Below, piece after piece: positions 10,570 to 23,400 of a stretch of DNA of 64,000 nt (positions within the stretch are counted from its first letter, which is position 1; every line of letters begins with the position of its first letter). The notes under the pieces are model-generated. The model saw nothing but the letters and a program-made list of their open reading frames with translations. It ran no database searches and was not told where the DNA came from. Position numbers and translations under genes: made by a program. Origin of the DNA: Macrostomum lignano (taxonomy: Eukaryota); contig NIVC01000773.1 in assembly GCA_002269645.1 (NCBI GenBank), positions 270,838 through 334,837 on the forward strand, in the 5' to 3' direction.

Positions 10570-13500
10570 TTAAAGTCCACCGCCGCCGCCTGAGGCCTCC
10601 GACTGACCGGCGGTTTCAGACGATTTTGCCGCGGCGGCGCCCTCGCTGCCACCGGTGCTCGAGGCGGCAGCGGCAGCAGCGGCGGCCATGTTCATGGCGT
10701 GCGGCGGAATCAGCGTACTGTTCAGCTCCGGCTTGATGGCCAGCTCTGTGAATGGAGAGGTGCGGATGGAGCGGATTGAAGGGGCGCTGATGGATGAGGT
10801 CGATTGAGGGGCGGATGGGAGCGGCTGATGGGAGTGGCTGATTGAGTAGGGGGCGGGTGGGAGTGGCTGATTGAGTAGGGGGCGGATGGGAGTGGCTGAT
10901 TGAGTAGGGGGCGGATGGGAGTGGCTGATTGAGTAGGGGGCGGATGGGAGTGGCTGATTGAGTAGGGGGCGGATGGGAGTGGCTGATTGAGTAGGGGGCG
11001 GATGGGAGTGGCTGATTAAGATGCTAATGGCAGATAGAAGCGGATTGGAGCGGATGAGAATGGCAGATGGGGCGGATTGGAGCGGAAGAGAATGGCAGAT
11101 GTGGCGGATTGGAGCGGATGAGAATGGCAGATGGGGGGGCGGATTGGAGCGGCCGATGGACGAGTAGACAAACATCGAGCAGGCGAAGGAGCGATCCGCT
11201 TGCCAGATAGATGTCAGCTCAGCAAAACATTTGAGCACACTATAAATATGCACTCAGCTCACCAGCAGGTGTAAAATTGAACAGCGGAGGCAGCGGCTTG
11301 TTGCCAGGCAGCCTGGTGCCCTCGAGGCGCAGCTCGTCGAAGAACGGATGGCAGCAGGCCTCCAGCGGGCTGATGCGCAGCTGCGGAGTGTACTCAAGCA
11401 GCCGGCTGACCAGGTTGATGGCCTCTGGCGGAGTGCGGGGCCGGAAAACCTTGGCCCACGGGTGGCTGCGGGATTGTGGGAGCAGCGATTTAGAGAGTTC
11501 TCACACCGAGTGAAATTTCAATTGTCACGCCGAGTGAAATTTTAATTGTCACACCGAGTGAAGAGTGAAAAGTCTTTCTTAAAAAAGCCAAAAAACACAC
11601 TTGATCCAAAGAGGTCTCTCACCCCTTGATTTGCGGAAACTTGAAATCCGTATAGTTGGGATTCATCTCGCTGATCTGCTCCCTGGTCGGGGTGCCCAGC
11701 ACCTTGATGATCTCCACCAGCTGGTCGACTCCGGTCTCTCCTGGATAGATCGGCTTGCCCAGCAGCAGCTCGGCCAGCACGCAGCCCGCAGACCAGACAT
11801 CTGAGTGGGTTGGGGCGGCAGCGGCAGGCTTAGTTCAGTTCAGTGTGTAACTAACGGTGAGCGCTGAGAACTTGTGAGATTCGATTAGGGTAGTTTGAAA
11901 GGGACAGCCCGAATCTGAGCAACTGGAAGGCTGGTATTGGCGGCACAGCAACGAGGATCTGGAAGGCTGGCCCAGCAACTGAGGATCTGGAAGTGACCCA
12001 GCAACTGAGAGGCTGGCCCAGCAGCTGAGGATCTGGGAGGCTGGCCCAGCAACTGAGGATTTGGGAGGCTGGCCCAGCAACTGAGGATCTGGGAGGCTGG
12101 CCCAGCAACTGAGGATCTGGGAGGCTGGCCCAGCAGCTGAAGATCTGGGAGGCTGGCCCAGCAACTGAGAGGCTGGCCCAGCAACTGAGAGGCTGGCCCA
12201 GCAGCTGAGGATCTGGGAGGCTGGCCCAGCAACTGAGAGGCTGGCCCAGCAGCTGAGGATCTGGGAGGCTGGCCCAGCAACTGAGGATCTGGGAGGCTGG
12301 CCCAGCAACTGAGGATTTGGGAGGCTGGCCCAGAAACTGAGGATCTGGGAGGCTGGCCAAGAAACTGAGGATCTGAATAGGGTGGAAAATAAACTGAGGA
12401 TCTGGGAGGCTGGCCCAGCAACTGAGGATCTGGGAGGCTGGCCAAGAAACTGAGGATCTGGGAGGCTGGCCAAGAAACTGAGGATCTCTCTGAGGCGGCC
12501 CAGCAAACTGAAGACTCACCAATCTGGCAGGTGTAGTTGGTGGCCCCGAAGATGAGCTCGGGGGCCCGGTAGTAGCGGCTGCAGATGTAGGACACATTCG
12601 GCTCGCCCCGCTGCAGGTGCTTGGCGCTGCCGAAGTCGCAGAGCTTGAGCACACCAGACTCAGGGTCCAGCAGCAGATTCTGCGGCTTGATGTCGCGGTG
12701 GCAAATGCCTTTGCTGTGTATATAACTCAGCGAGCGGAACATTTGGTACATGTAGAGCTTGATGAACAGCACAGGTATGGTCTGCATCTGCTTGCTGTAG
12801 TGCCGGCACACCCGGTACACGGTCTCCGGGATGAACTCCAGCACTAGGTTCAGGTACACTTCATCCTTCTGCGATACGGATGTGGAAGGGTGCGAATTTA
12901 TTGCTGCAATACGAAATACAACTCGTAATTTAGAGCTTTAAGCCTTCCGCTAGCTCAGACAAACTGTCCTCTGAAGTTGAGTCGTCACAAACAGACGAAC
13001 TGTTCATTACTGGAGTGAAAAATCGCCCAAGGTAGACATTTAAGCATGCACTTTCATAAGACCTCAACTTTATGAGACGTAAACGTCAAAGACCTAAACT
13101 TCACAAGATCCAAACTTCACAAGAAATAAACCTAAAAGACCTAAACTCCAAAGACCTAGACTTCAAAGACCTAGACTTCACAAGACCTAAATCTGAAAGA
13201 CCTAGACTTCAAAAGACCTAAACTTCACAAAACCTAAACTTCACAAGACCTAAACTTCACAAGACATAAGCTTCACAAGACCTAGACTTCACCAGACCTA
13301 GACTTTACAAGATCTAAACTTCACAAGACCTAGACTTCACAAGACTTAGACTTCACAAGACCTAAACTTCACAAGACATAAACTTCACAAGACCTAAACT
13401 TCACAAGACCTAGACTTCACAAGACCTAGACTTCACAAGACCTAGACTTCACAAGACCTAGACTTCACAAGACTTAGACTTCACAAGACCTAAACTTCAC

Positions 13501-14731
13501 AAGACCTAAACTTCACAAGACCTAGACTTCACAAGACCTAGACTTCACAAGACCTAGACTTCACAAGACCTAAACTGAACTAAACTTTAAGCGACATGAT
13601 GAAATTTAGGTTTTATGAACTCACCTAATAAAGTGGATTTATTCGATGCCAATAAATTAGAAAGCAACAATGGTATTTGAAAAAAATTGATAACCAATTC
13701 GAATCTGACTAATAGATCTGAGAGTAATGCTTAGAAGTGCATCTTTACTCCAAGGGTACTTCAATTTGGGTAACTCGGTAACAAGATTGATAGCTTAATG
13801 TAGTAAGCGAAATGAGACAGCGACCTTTGACACACTTTGCTATACAGTAAATGAATGCTTGCAGGGTCTAAATTAGATGCAACTGTAGATAAGCCTGAGA
13901 CAGAAATTCGGGCAGAATATATTAAAAGGGGGAAGGAAACGAGGGGCCAAGGCCAGTTGAGTTGCTCATACTTGATAAGTTTGAAAATTTTCATTCTAAT
14001 ACTCTAATGGAAAAAACTAGATATAACACGGGGGTTTCCTGTGCGCAAATCTCTTGCGCAGTTAATTTTTAACTTTATTGAAAACAGCGGAAGTCAACTA
14101 CAATTGCAATAGATGGAATGCTAAAAAACTTTAAGATGGCAGGAGAAACAACTTATAGACAACAAAGACTGCTAAATTTAAGACAGACTTTGTTCTTCTA
14201 GAAAACAAAGACTGCTAGACAAAGACACGGATTGCTGTTCTACAGAACAAAGACTGCTAGACAAAGACACGGATTGCTGTTCTACAGAACAAAGACTGCT
14301 AGAGAAAGACAGGGATTGCTGTTCTACAGAACAAAGACTGCTAGATAAAGACAGGGATTGCTGTTCTAGAGAACAAAGACTGCACAGATTCAAAACAGAC
14401 ATCCCGTACTGAAAACAAAGACTACAACCAACTGTCGAACTGAACGCAAAACTCACCTTCTCGCCGCTGGAATAGAAGAAGTACTTCAGCGTGACAATGT
14501 TTTGATGCTCAATCGATCGCATGATCTGCAGTTCGCGATTCTTGAACCGCTTGTCTTGCAACACCTTCTTGATGGCCACCACCTCCTTCGGTTCGACCAG
14601 TTTGGCTTGGTACACGACACCGAAACTGCCGTTACCAATGATTTTCATATCGGTGAACGAGATCTCCTGGGCTCGGTCACCTTGACCAGGCGTGGCGATC
14701 ACCGTGTTCACCTTGGAGTCCTTTGCTGTGC
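10570..14731 (-). CDS. GSK3: Glycogen synthase kinase-3 (shaggy-like); exons 14731-14457, 12868-12520, 11800-11623, 11465-11263, 10745-10570; first exon further upstream
   Basis: [79 protein letters not shown]. All introns are GT-AG with compatible phases (0, 1, 2, 1). Confidence 0.97.
10815..11160. repeat. 29-bp G-rich minisatellite (GGGAGTGGCTGATTGAGTAGGGGGCGGAT) in the last GSK3 intron
   Basis: About 6 near-perfect copies, then a degenerate GGCGGATTGGAGCGG series. Confidence 0.9.
11920..12505 (+). repeat. 28-bp minisatellite family A, array 2 (GSK3 intron)
   Basis: Same unit as 7140-7990; begins about 10 nt from the splice donor at 12519. Confidence 0.95.
13060..13575. repeat. 16-bp minisatellite (CTTCACAAGACCTARA) in a GSK3 intron
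   Basis: Tandem periodicity read directly. Confidence 0.93.
14162..14390. repeat. 42-bp tandem repeat, about 5.5 copies, in a GSK3 intron
   Basis: ACAAAGACT anchors at 14205, 14247, 14289, 14331 and 14373. Confidence 0.92.
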
Positions 14732-16936
14732 CTGCGGGTTGATGGACAGAAAAGTAAGAGCTAGCATATCCATGTTTTTACCAGTTTTACATGGCTAATA
14801 TTAATAATATATGATATGATATGATATAAAGCTTATACACATCATAGCAGGTGTCATGAACTCATAATTGATTATCATAGTTCTTTAACTTCTTCCCATT
14901 GTTTTCTTTTTATAATTTAGTAGAATAACAGACTTTATAGAAAATTATCTATGTAGTTGAGCATTTTGAAAACTACCAGTGCCCTCTAGTATATTATTAG
15001 AAGTTTAATTTGAATATTTCATATTCAATATGATGAATAAAATTAAAAACAAGAAAAGTAAGACATATCCAATAAATTTTCTGGCATTATATAAGATCAA
15101 TTCATGTCCAATAATAAAACAGATTTTAAATCTATTTTAAAAGTTTTCATTCTTTTTTCTGATAAATAGAATATTTGATTGATATCATTTTTTATCATTT
15201 TTTACTTGGGATATAGTCAATACAAATATAAAAATATTAGTTAGCATATTAAAACATACAATTAATAAACCTGTTTTATACTGTTTATCTGTCTGTAATT
15301 GATTTTTTGAGAACCATTTGACCAATTTCTTTTAAGTTAGATTTTTATTAATCATAATTAAATAACTTTTAATAATTATTAAAATTAAATAAACAAAATA
15401 TTAAAATAATTGGAAGTAGGTTAAATTAAAAAAAAATGATATCTTCAATGAGCACTCTGTTTGAATTCAGAATTTGAATGCCCCCATGCAGGGTGCTAAT
15501 AATAACTATTAATATGTTATTCTATAGGGTTATATGTATAACAAAGACACTTTAAATATCTCACAAGGTTTCTGGGGAGATAAATTATACATTTAATTTT
15601 CAAGACCTTTTCTAGATTATGTATTACTGTAAGATTCAAAATTCAAATGTATACCATTTAAACTACTTTTTTGCATTTTTGAAATGAAGAAGTTTGATTA
15701 ATTTGTATCCCTTATATAAATATAGAAGCATAGTAGTTTACACATTTTAATTTTGAAAATTGATAAATCTTAATTTTTTAAAGAGAAAAAACATCAGAAT
15801 GAACCAAAACACTAAATGCTATCAAACAATGGAATTCCCCTCCCAAATGTCATTTAGCTATTGGCCTTTTTGTAGACAAAAAAACCATAAACAAAAATTT
15901 GTGTGCATAAGAGTAATTATAACTTCCTTTATATAATTATAAAGAAATAAAACTAATTCATTCAATAAAATATCTATATTGTTCTTTTGTTAGTTTCAAT
16001 GCAAAGGCTAAAAAAATGGCTAATAACAAAAAATTAGAATTTAACTATACAATTATATCACAGTATATATGATTCAATTCTATCTACAATACTAATCTGA
16101 ACACTAGCCACATTGATCATACCAAACTATATACCAATGTATGCCAATCCCTCTATGGTAATGCAAAGGGGTAATAATTAAATTTAGCATGGTATAGGCT
16201 ATAACCTTTTAGATGACTATCACCTTATCCTTCAAGGTCCTAGTATAGATGATATACAATGTATGCTAGATCTAGATTAAAAGTATATATATATATATTA
16301 TTTTCTAATGCATATGGCGAAATCCAAAAATGTGGGATAAAGTGGTAAAACAAATCTTGATATTTTTATCATAACAAATCTTGATATATTGCATAGTAAT
16401 ATTGATATTTTTATGCATTTTTATTATAAATGACCCCTTTCAAACTGACATACAAATTTTGGCATCCAAATTCATGAACTTTTTGGCATACAAATCTTGG
16501 CATATAAATTCATGTTAATTTTTAGTGTATAGATTTTGGTGAATAAATTCATGAATACATGAAAATTGTAATAAAACTTAGTTTTTACATAAAAAAGAAA
16601 AATTCAGACTAGAAATTCTATCATGAACTTTCTGTTTATTTAAAATTAACAGTAAAAAAATTACTGCAGAAACAAAATTTGCATCATTATTTTTATAGGT
16701 ATAATTAAAGTTTGTTTAAAAAAATAATTGTAATATTTTAAATAGTCTTTTTGTACAAAAATTTTTCTGAGGAAACTCATGAAAACTGAATGACCTTTTA
16801 GGAGACATTTTTGGTATAATTTTTTTTGTTATGACATACATTGGCATATATTAAGCTAAGATAATATTCTTGTTCTGGCATATATTACTATATGAAACTA
16901 AAAAAATACCTGCACAGTTATAACCAAAATGCTCAC

Positions 16937-16949
16937 CTGCTGGTTTCAT
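16937..16949 (-). CDS. Candidate short first coding exon of GSK3 (MKPA-G)
   Basis: ATG AAA CCA GCA G then a strong donor GTGAGC; phase 1 matches the acceptor at 14731 and gives a 397-aa GSK3. In-frame stop upstream near 17043. Confidence 0.45.
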
Positions 16950-18718
16950 TGTAAATGCAGCAGTCAGTTGAAAGACATCAACCAAAAGAAAAGAATACGT
17001 CAAATGATGATTTTTAATCAATTTGCAGGATCCGGGGTCAAATCAGGCAAGATAAGAATCAAGGGCATTAGATATTATACGCACGTCACCATGACACTAA
17101 ATAAAAAATATAAAATAGTTTACCTGTTTAAAACTGGCGCGAAAGTTAATAATATCTATAACGACATAACTGAACGTAACTAATACAAACCCGGATTTTT
17201 TACCTCTGGAGACGGATCTACAAAAGTTTAATGTTCAAATATCTCTTTGCTTTCAACGTAATATAGTAGTTATCGTTTGCTTTTTGCTTTTAAATTGAAA
17301 TGAATAGTATCAAATATGAAATACGAGTATTCACTTTTTTAACTGCGGTTTAACAGCCGCTGCTTCGCATTAATTTCTTTTACTATAACACAGGATACAT
17401 TTTCTAGATGTGTCACTCCAGCACTCAATAACGTAATTTTTAACTTGGATCAGTCTTCAATTGTGACTTGTAAAATCTATGAAACACTCTAGGTCTCAGT
17501 TCGAAAACCCCGAGGTTAGGGCAACAGGCTGCTGCTCATGCTAATTGTTAATGCTTGGGAGCAGAAGAAGCTTCAGCTTATAATGGTCTTGACCAGGGAT
17601 TCCGCGCTGCGGATGGAGTGTGCACTCATCTAGATATAAAACCTGTGATTTAAATAGACTATGAAACTCCATGCGGTATACTAATCGAAACAAAGTTGAA
17701 AGGGTTTAAAACGAAGAATATTGAAACCTATGTTCATAAGCACAATTATTGACAGCAGGAAATAGTTTTGTATATTTTGAAGCCTAAGAAAGTTACAAAA
17801 TCGCCTCCACAGTAATGCAGCGCTTGCTTAAGCTACCCAGTGCACTTTCAAGATGTGTTGTTGCATCCTCGGCCCCTCTGTGCAGCTGGGAAGGTGGATT
17901 GTCGAGTTCCAGTCTTTCTGGGCCAGTGTTCCAGTAATTTTTTGAAGAACTGATTATCGATGCTGTCAAAACTACTACAATGATACCATCGCAGAGCAGT
18001 GATATATCGTGTGATAGATGCCCAGCCGGTTCCATTAAGTTATAGCGAGAATTCCACCCATTTCGATGGAAACTGGTACATCATAAACCATAAAGAAGAC
18101 GCATGCATATTCTTGTCTGAAGGCAGCCATCGGGCTATTTGTTGATTTCTCATTATTTAGTGGTGTTGATGGGGACGCACTTTTTTTCAAAATTCACGCT
18201 CGCACATGGGTTCCAAACTTGATAGCCTACTAACAGCAGGCTATGGGCGTTTTTCTCCTTCTTTTGTAATTTTTCTTGAATTCATACTAGTAGGACTTCT
18301 GTAGCTATATTAATCTGCCATACTTGTAGTTATAATCTGACAGCCACCTGCGCCTCACTCAATGCTCAGGCTGGCGCCAGATGGTCTGAGAGGATGCAGG
18401 CGGTAGCTTTTTTTCTCATCATTTTGATAGGCCATCAAGATTTATGAGGTCAGGGCCTATTGTTCATGTTCACTGAAGCGTGTGACAGCTTTGACAGCTA
18501 TGCGTTTTACCCCTAAAAGTACGTTGGGATTAGCGATTAGCGATTTCTCTTCATTACCTTCACTTTCTACTTAATAAGAGCTTTCTAATGTATATTTTTT
18601 CATTAATTTTTGTCATTCCTACGCGAAAGGTCATAAATCATTTTGTTGCGATTTTGATTGATTTATGGCCGCACCTGTCATATTTTTACGACCCCGAGGG
18701 AACTGATAGGATCTCCCG

Positions 18719-19745
18719 GTCACGTGACTTTAGGTGGCAACAAGCTCAGCCTATCAGAAAATTCGATGCTCATTTTAACAAATCGGCTCAGCCAATCAGA
18801 ATCGACGTGTTCCATTATAACAAACGGCGGTCCAGTTGGCGGCTATTTAAACCGGTGTTTTTGGCCCGCTCGGACTAACTTGGCAACCCTTTCTGGAGAC
18901 CGGCCAGGAACTTGCTCTCTCCCTGGCCCGACCGTCGTTTCTTGATCCCCGGATTGCGACTCCCCCCATCATCATCAAGGACGAATTCCCCCGGTCGTCA
19001 GCAGCGAACATCAAAGTTGAGAGCATCACCTGCTAGCTAACAGCGAAGATTGTGACAGCATCATCCCGGGTCTACAGCTGCGAAGCACTAAGCCGATTCG
19101 GTCACTGTGGATTACCTGGTCTCCGGCTGTTGAGTTTCTGATTGGTTGGGTGAGAGGCTATACCTAGACTTGCTTGATTGGGTGATTCCCTATCTGTCCC
19201 CTGTTTCAGTAGCTGGATTAGGCGCACACTTTTCCTCGTTTTGTACAGTAGTAGTGCTGTTACTGAGGCAGAAATCATTCAATAATACTGCTAGTAGTCG
19301 GAAGCTCCAATTTAATCTGAGGTGTGAAGTTATTCAAGGAGAAGGTTAAATCTGACAGTTATTTTTATCGGTTTTGTTTCTTGTTCGCCGATGGCTCAGA
19401 TGAGTGGCTAAGCTAGTAGGCGCCGGTCACAGTGGACCAATGGGAAGGCGGTTCTCAGTCGATCAATCTATCAAGCCAGTGAGAAAAATTGCCAATAGTG
19501 CAAAATCGGCGCTAGAGATGTACTCTGTGCACTCTAGGTTCGCCAAGCGGCTCGGGTGATGAATCATGCGGTCTCCGATGTTCGAGTTAGTCTATCATCA
19601 GCGCTATGAGAGGCTAGTTGGCGCGTTGAAGGCCAAAAGTACAATTCCTCGTATTTAGCAATGTAATAGTACATGTAGCCACCCCATAGTCTCGCCACTG
19701 CAAGAATCCCCTGCGCAAGTCCCCTCTGTACCTGCATGGCCAATG
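18719..19745. promoter_or_regulatory. Putative CCAAT-rich bidirectional promoter region between GSK3 and the orphan gene
   Basis: CCAAT/ATTGG at 18792, 19141, 19177, 19437, 19492 and 19740; palindromic E-box GTCACGTGAC at 18719-18728; flanked by divergent 5' exons. Confidence 0.45.
18880..19029 (-). CDS. Candidate long N-terminal exon of GSK3 carrying RERASS (RxRxxS)
   Basis: Acceptor CTAGCAG before 19029, ATG at 19026, ORF ...GRARERASSWPVSRK. Donor ambiguous: phase-1 G|GTTGCC (exon end 18888) or phase-0 GTTAGT (exon end 18880). Confidence 0.5.
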
Positions 19746-20482
19746 CGATCAAGTCCCAGCAGTGTCTCTTATCATCGGCTATGACTTCGAGATTGACAGA
19801 AAAAAGACACTAGTTGGCAGGTAAGTGCTAAGCCCCCTCTAGTCGGAAGCCCGATTTCGAAAGTTCCGGTTTGGTGAGCCAGGACACACGGGCTGGTGGC
19901 AGCGGGTTAGTTAATCTGCGGATTAGCTGATCTCTACCTTCGAAATTCTCCCTGCTTGTCTCTCGCTGTCCCTCTCTTAGCTATAGGACCTTAGACTGCT
20001 CGCCACACGATCAAACTACCATGGGGCTGACCATCTGACAGGAGTGGTTGGCCAGGACTCTAATTGATTTATTTCTGAGACCTGAGGCCCGAAGGCTTCC
20101 CCACAAGGGGGCCGAAAGGCCGAAACCCATCAGTGTATTGAAGCATGAGAACTTTCACGACCCGACTCGATGATTAGCTATTTAAGCCCTCAAAACCGAC
20201 TATATTGAACCCCTCACTTCATGTGGTTGGTTTATTGAAGATACGAGTAATATTTGACATTTTTATTGTAACACTGCTCAAAACCTTTGCCTCAATTCAT
20301 CTTACGAGTACGAGTATTAGCAAAGTAAAACAGCTATAGCAAAATCTTATAGAGACCATAGATATGAATGAAAGTTTGAACACTCTTTTCCCACTAGGCA
20401 TGTAAGCGTGTACGGCCGAAAGAATAACAGACTCTAGTTTTTAACAGAAATCTTTGTTACGTTGTCAAGAAACCCGACAAAA

Positions 20483-23400
20483 ATGAGCAAGAAACAAAGC
20501 ATAGAATCGCCCGGCTTGTTGGAGAAAACCGGTTGTCAGGTGCTTGAAGCAGCAGTCAGCAAAGATTCTAAACCAACTGGAGGCAGAGAGCGGGTCATCT
20601 ATTTCTCATTCCTCATCCAGTCGCCTCTCCGCGAGCTATTCACCAATCCCAAGGAGGACAAGCGAATCCTGAAGATCGAAATCACCTGTCACTGCTTGTT
20701 TCGGCTATCTGGCGAGTTCACCAGCGTGCCGCAGTTCCAACTGGTCGAGGCCTATTTAGATGACCGATTTGGCAACTTCGAGGGCTGTGTGCACATGCTC
20801 GAGGCCGTCTTCAAGGGTGTCGGCTGCAGTTTCATTCTTTACCGTACCATCAACATGAGCGTACACCCGAACGGCAGCTGCGACTACAGCTACCACTGCA
20901 ACAACATTGACCGGAACTTCTACCAAGATGCGCGACCCTCTGACCATCGCGATGGTGCGAACGAAGTCGAAGAGGCTTCGTCCAGTTGCCTTCAGAGAGC
21001 CTTGCTGGCAAAGACTGGCGCACCTGAACAGTTCGATTCGAATTTCAGCAGCTTCTCGGTGACAAACTCCACGGTTAGCCGGCTGTTCAAGGAGCTCGAA
21101 AGAGACATTCCCAAAGGGTGGAGCGGCGACGCCTCCGTGGCGCCGTCTCGAAAGAGCCTTGAAGACTTTTTAGGCATGGAACTCGCCGTCCAGCAGCTGG
21201 AAGTCATCACCAGCAGTAATTACGAATTCGTCATCGAGGAGATGTTCTTCGAGGCTCTCATTGGTGAGATGAGGTCTGAGATGTTGCACTGCGTACTTTA
21301 TCAGATACGCGTCGATTTGGTGGAGGCCGTCGTTCTAGAGAGTGTTAACGGCAGCTGCTTGGTGAGTCAATCTGCTTCTCAGCTTGTCACCAGCCTCTTG
21401 GAGCCAGCGGTTCTGGTTGATCAAACCTGTGCCGACTGTCTCGGTGACAACTGCACAGTGGTGTACAGCAGCGCAGCCCTCTCTGCACAGGGCTGCGCCA
21501 ACAACAACAGCACCTGCTGCGACTTCGAATACGACAGTGATGACAACGGTATCGAGCCAGTGCAAGAGGAGGGCGACAGCATCGCGGACGTCTCAGAGTC
21601 GCTGATTGACGAGCGCTGGTCGGAGAGCGGCCGCCAACTCGCGAAGCCGCCGACGGTGCGTCGCTTTGCGCCAGCAGCAGGCAAGCAGCAGAGCACGATG
21701 ACGCCTGCGCTTCGATTGGAGCAGATTTTCTACGATTGGTGCGACTTAACAGTCCAGGAGGCCTGCTTAGAAACGTTTGTTGAGCTGGTCTCCCAGCGCC
21801 TGGTGGTTGCTATGTACAAAACCAGCCGATCCAAGTCGCAATTCGAGTGTCGCGTTGTGAAGACATTCGCCAGATTTGGCAGAGCCTTCAGCACACTGTC
21901 ATCGGCTGCCACTGAGCCCGGGCTTGCCGATGTGATCACCGGCTTCTTTGCTTGCGTAGCTGACACGTTAAATGACCCGGACGCTCGGGATTGCCTCGGA
22001 CAGACGTCCGACCTGGTGATGGCCGTGCGGGCTTCCGCAGCTAAAGAGGAAGATGAGGAAAGCGTCAGCAGAGTCGACGATGGCAGCAGCGGCTGTCGAG
22101 GCGGTTGGCAGTGGCTGCGAATTGCACAGAGGGCTTTCCAGCAAGCAATCAGGTAAATCACAAGTTTTCTGGCAGTCAGTCTTAACCTGGGTAGATTTCC
22201 CAGCCCCAAGTTTATCTAGTTTAAAATTGAATGCTCAGTTATCAAAGTTGTGAAGTACTCTTACATCTTATAACCCTGTAGAGAAAAGTGTATCTATCGA
22301 TTGAGTTTCTTGAGATTGCAAGCGGCACCCTTGGACTGTTGCCGACCGCTGCAAATAGCGTTAAATTCTGAGGACGACCATCGCTTCTGTTTCAGAGACC
22401 AGCTCTCCCGCCTGGGGCCCAAGCTGCAGCGCAAAGGGCGTCACCGACGCTCAAACAACTCAAGCGGCGGTGGCGGCGGCGGCGGCGGCGGGAGTAGCTT
22501 CGGGCGCAGACTGGCCGAACTGTTCGACCACTCAAGCAGCGGCGATGCCTCGTCAACCACGGTTACTACAGGCGACAGTTTTCTGCAGCAGTCGACGCCA
22601 GCCGAACGAGAGGAGCAGGAGGCGCCAACCAAAAGGCCGCAGGGTTTGAGCTGCAATCTTCGACTCTGCGTTGAGGCGCCCGCTGCAAACAGCCAGGAGC
22701 CGGAAGACGCTACGCCATTGTTGAGTTTGACAGACCTTTGTGTGGATTCGAGTTTAGTTGACACAGAAAACTGTCGCGATTTGTTATGCGCTGCTGCAGT
22801 TTCGGCGGTGGTCCCGGATGGCGGTGCAATCACGGGCGCCTGGATGACTGCAGCGATTTCCCAGTGTCAGACATACTCCGAGCGGACAGAGCTTCTATCC
22901 TGTCTGGCAACAGAGCCGCTCAGAGACGGTCACGCCAGCTGGATGTCCGTCGAGCCAATCGTTGCAGACGCCGCCGTTGCAGTGGTCTTCAAAGCCGGGC
23001 CAATCCACTTTGCCTGCGCGTCCTTCACCTCCGCTGCCAGCTGCACTGCCGCGCTTTCTGTTGCACTGCCCGACCTGGCGACGAATCTACTTGCAGAGTT
23101 CCGCCCAGCGCCACTGGTTGCCAGGGCTGTGAGTCCGAGGGCCTGTGTTCATCGAGCTCGATCGACGTGGCTGGCGGCGTCTCACTGCTGTCTCCAACTG
23201 CTCGACGCCAAATCACAGCTACCAGTACTGTCGCAATCTTTGCCTACCCAGTTTGTGATTTCAAAGTGTGAAAACTCGACAGGGCTGGCAGCCTGCAACA
23301 TTCACGGCGGAGTCCGACCTTCCAGCAGTCACTGCTACCCGCTCGGTCTGCCTGACGCGGCTGAAACCTCGTCGAAACCGTCGGATGCCAGCTGCGGCTG

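Noticed and set aside
17480-18500. Very decayed LINE 3' region on the minus strand (EYAC, DWNS fragments)
   Set aside because: The motifs are too short and frame-broken to support a call without an alignment.
20085-20135. Hammerhead ribozyme suggested by GGCCGAAAGGCCGAAAC (20110-20126)
   Set aside because: The CUGANGA core is missing before stem II, and I could not form a convincing stem III with a cleavage triplet.
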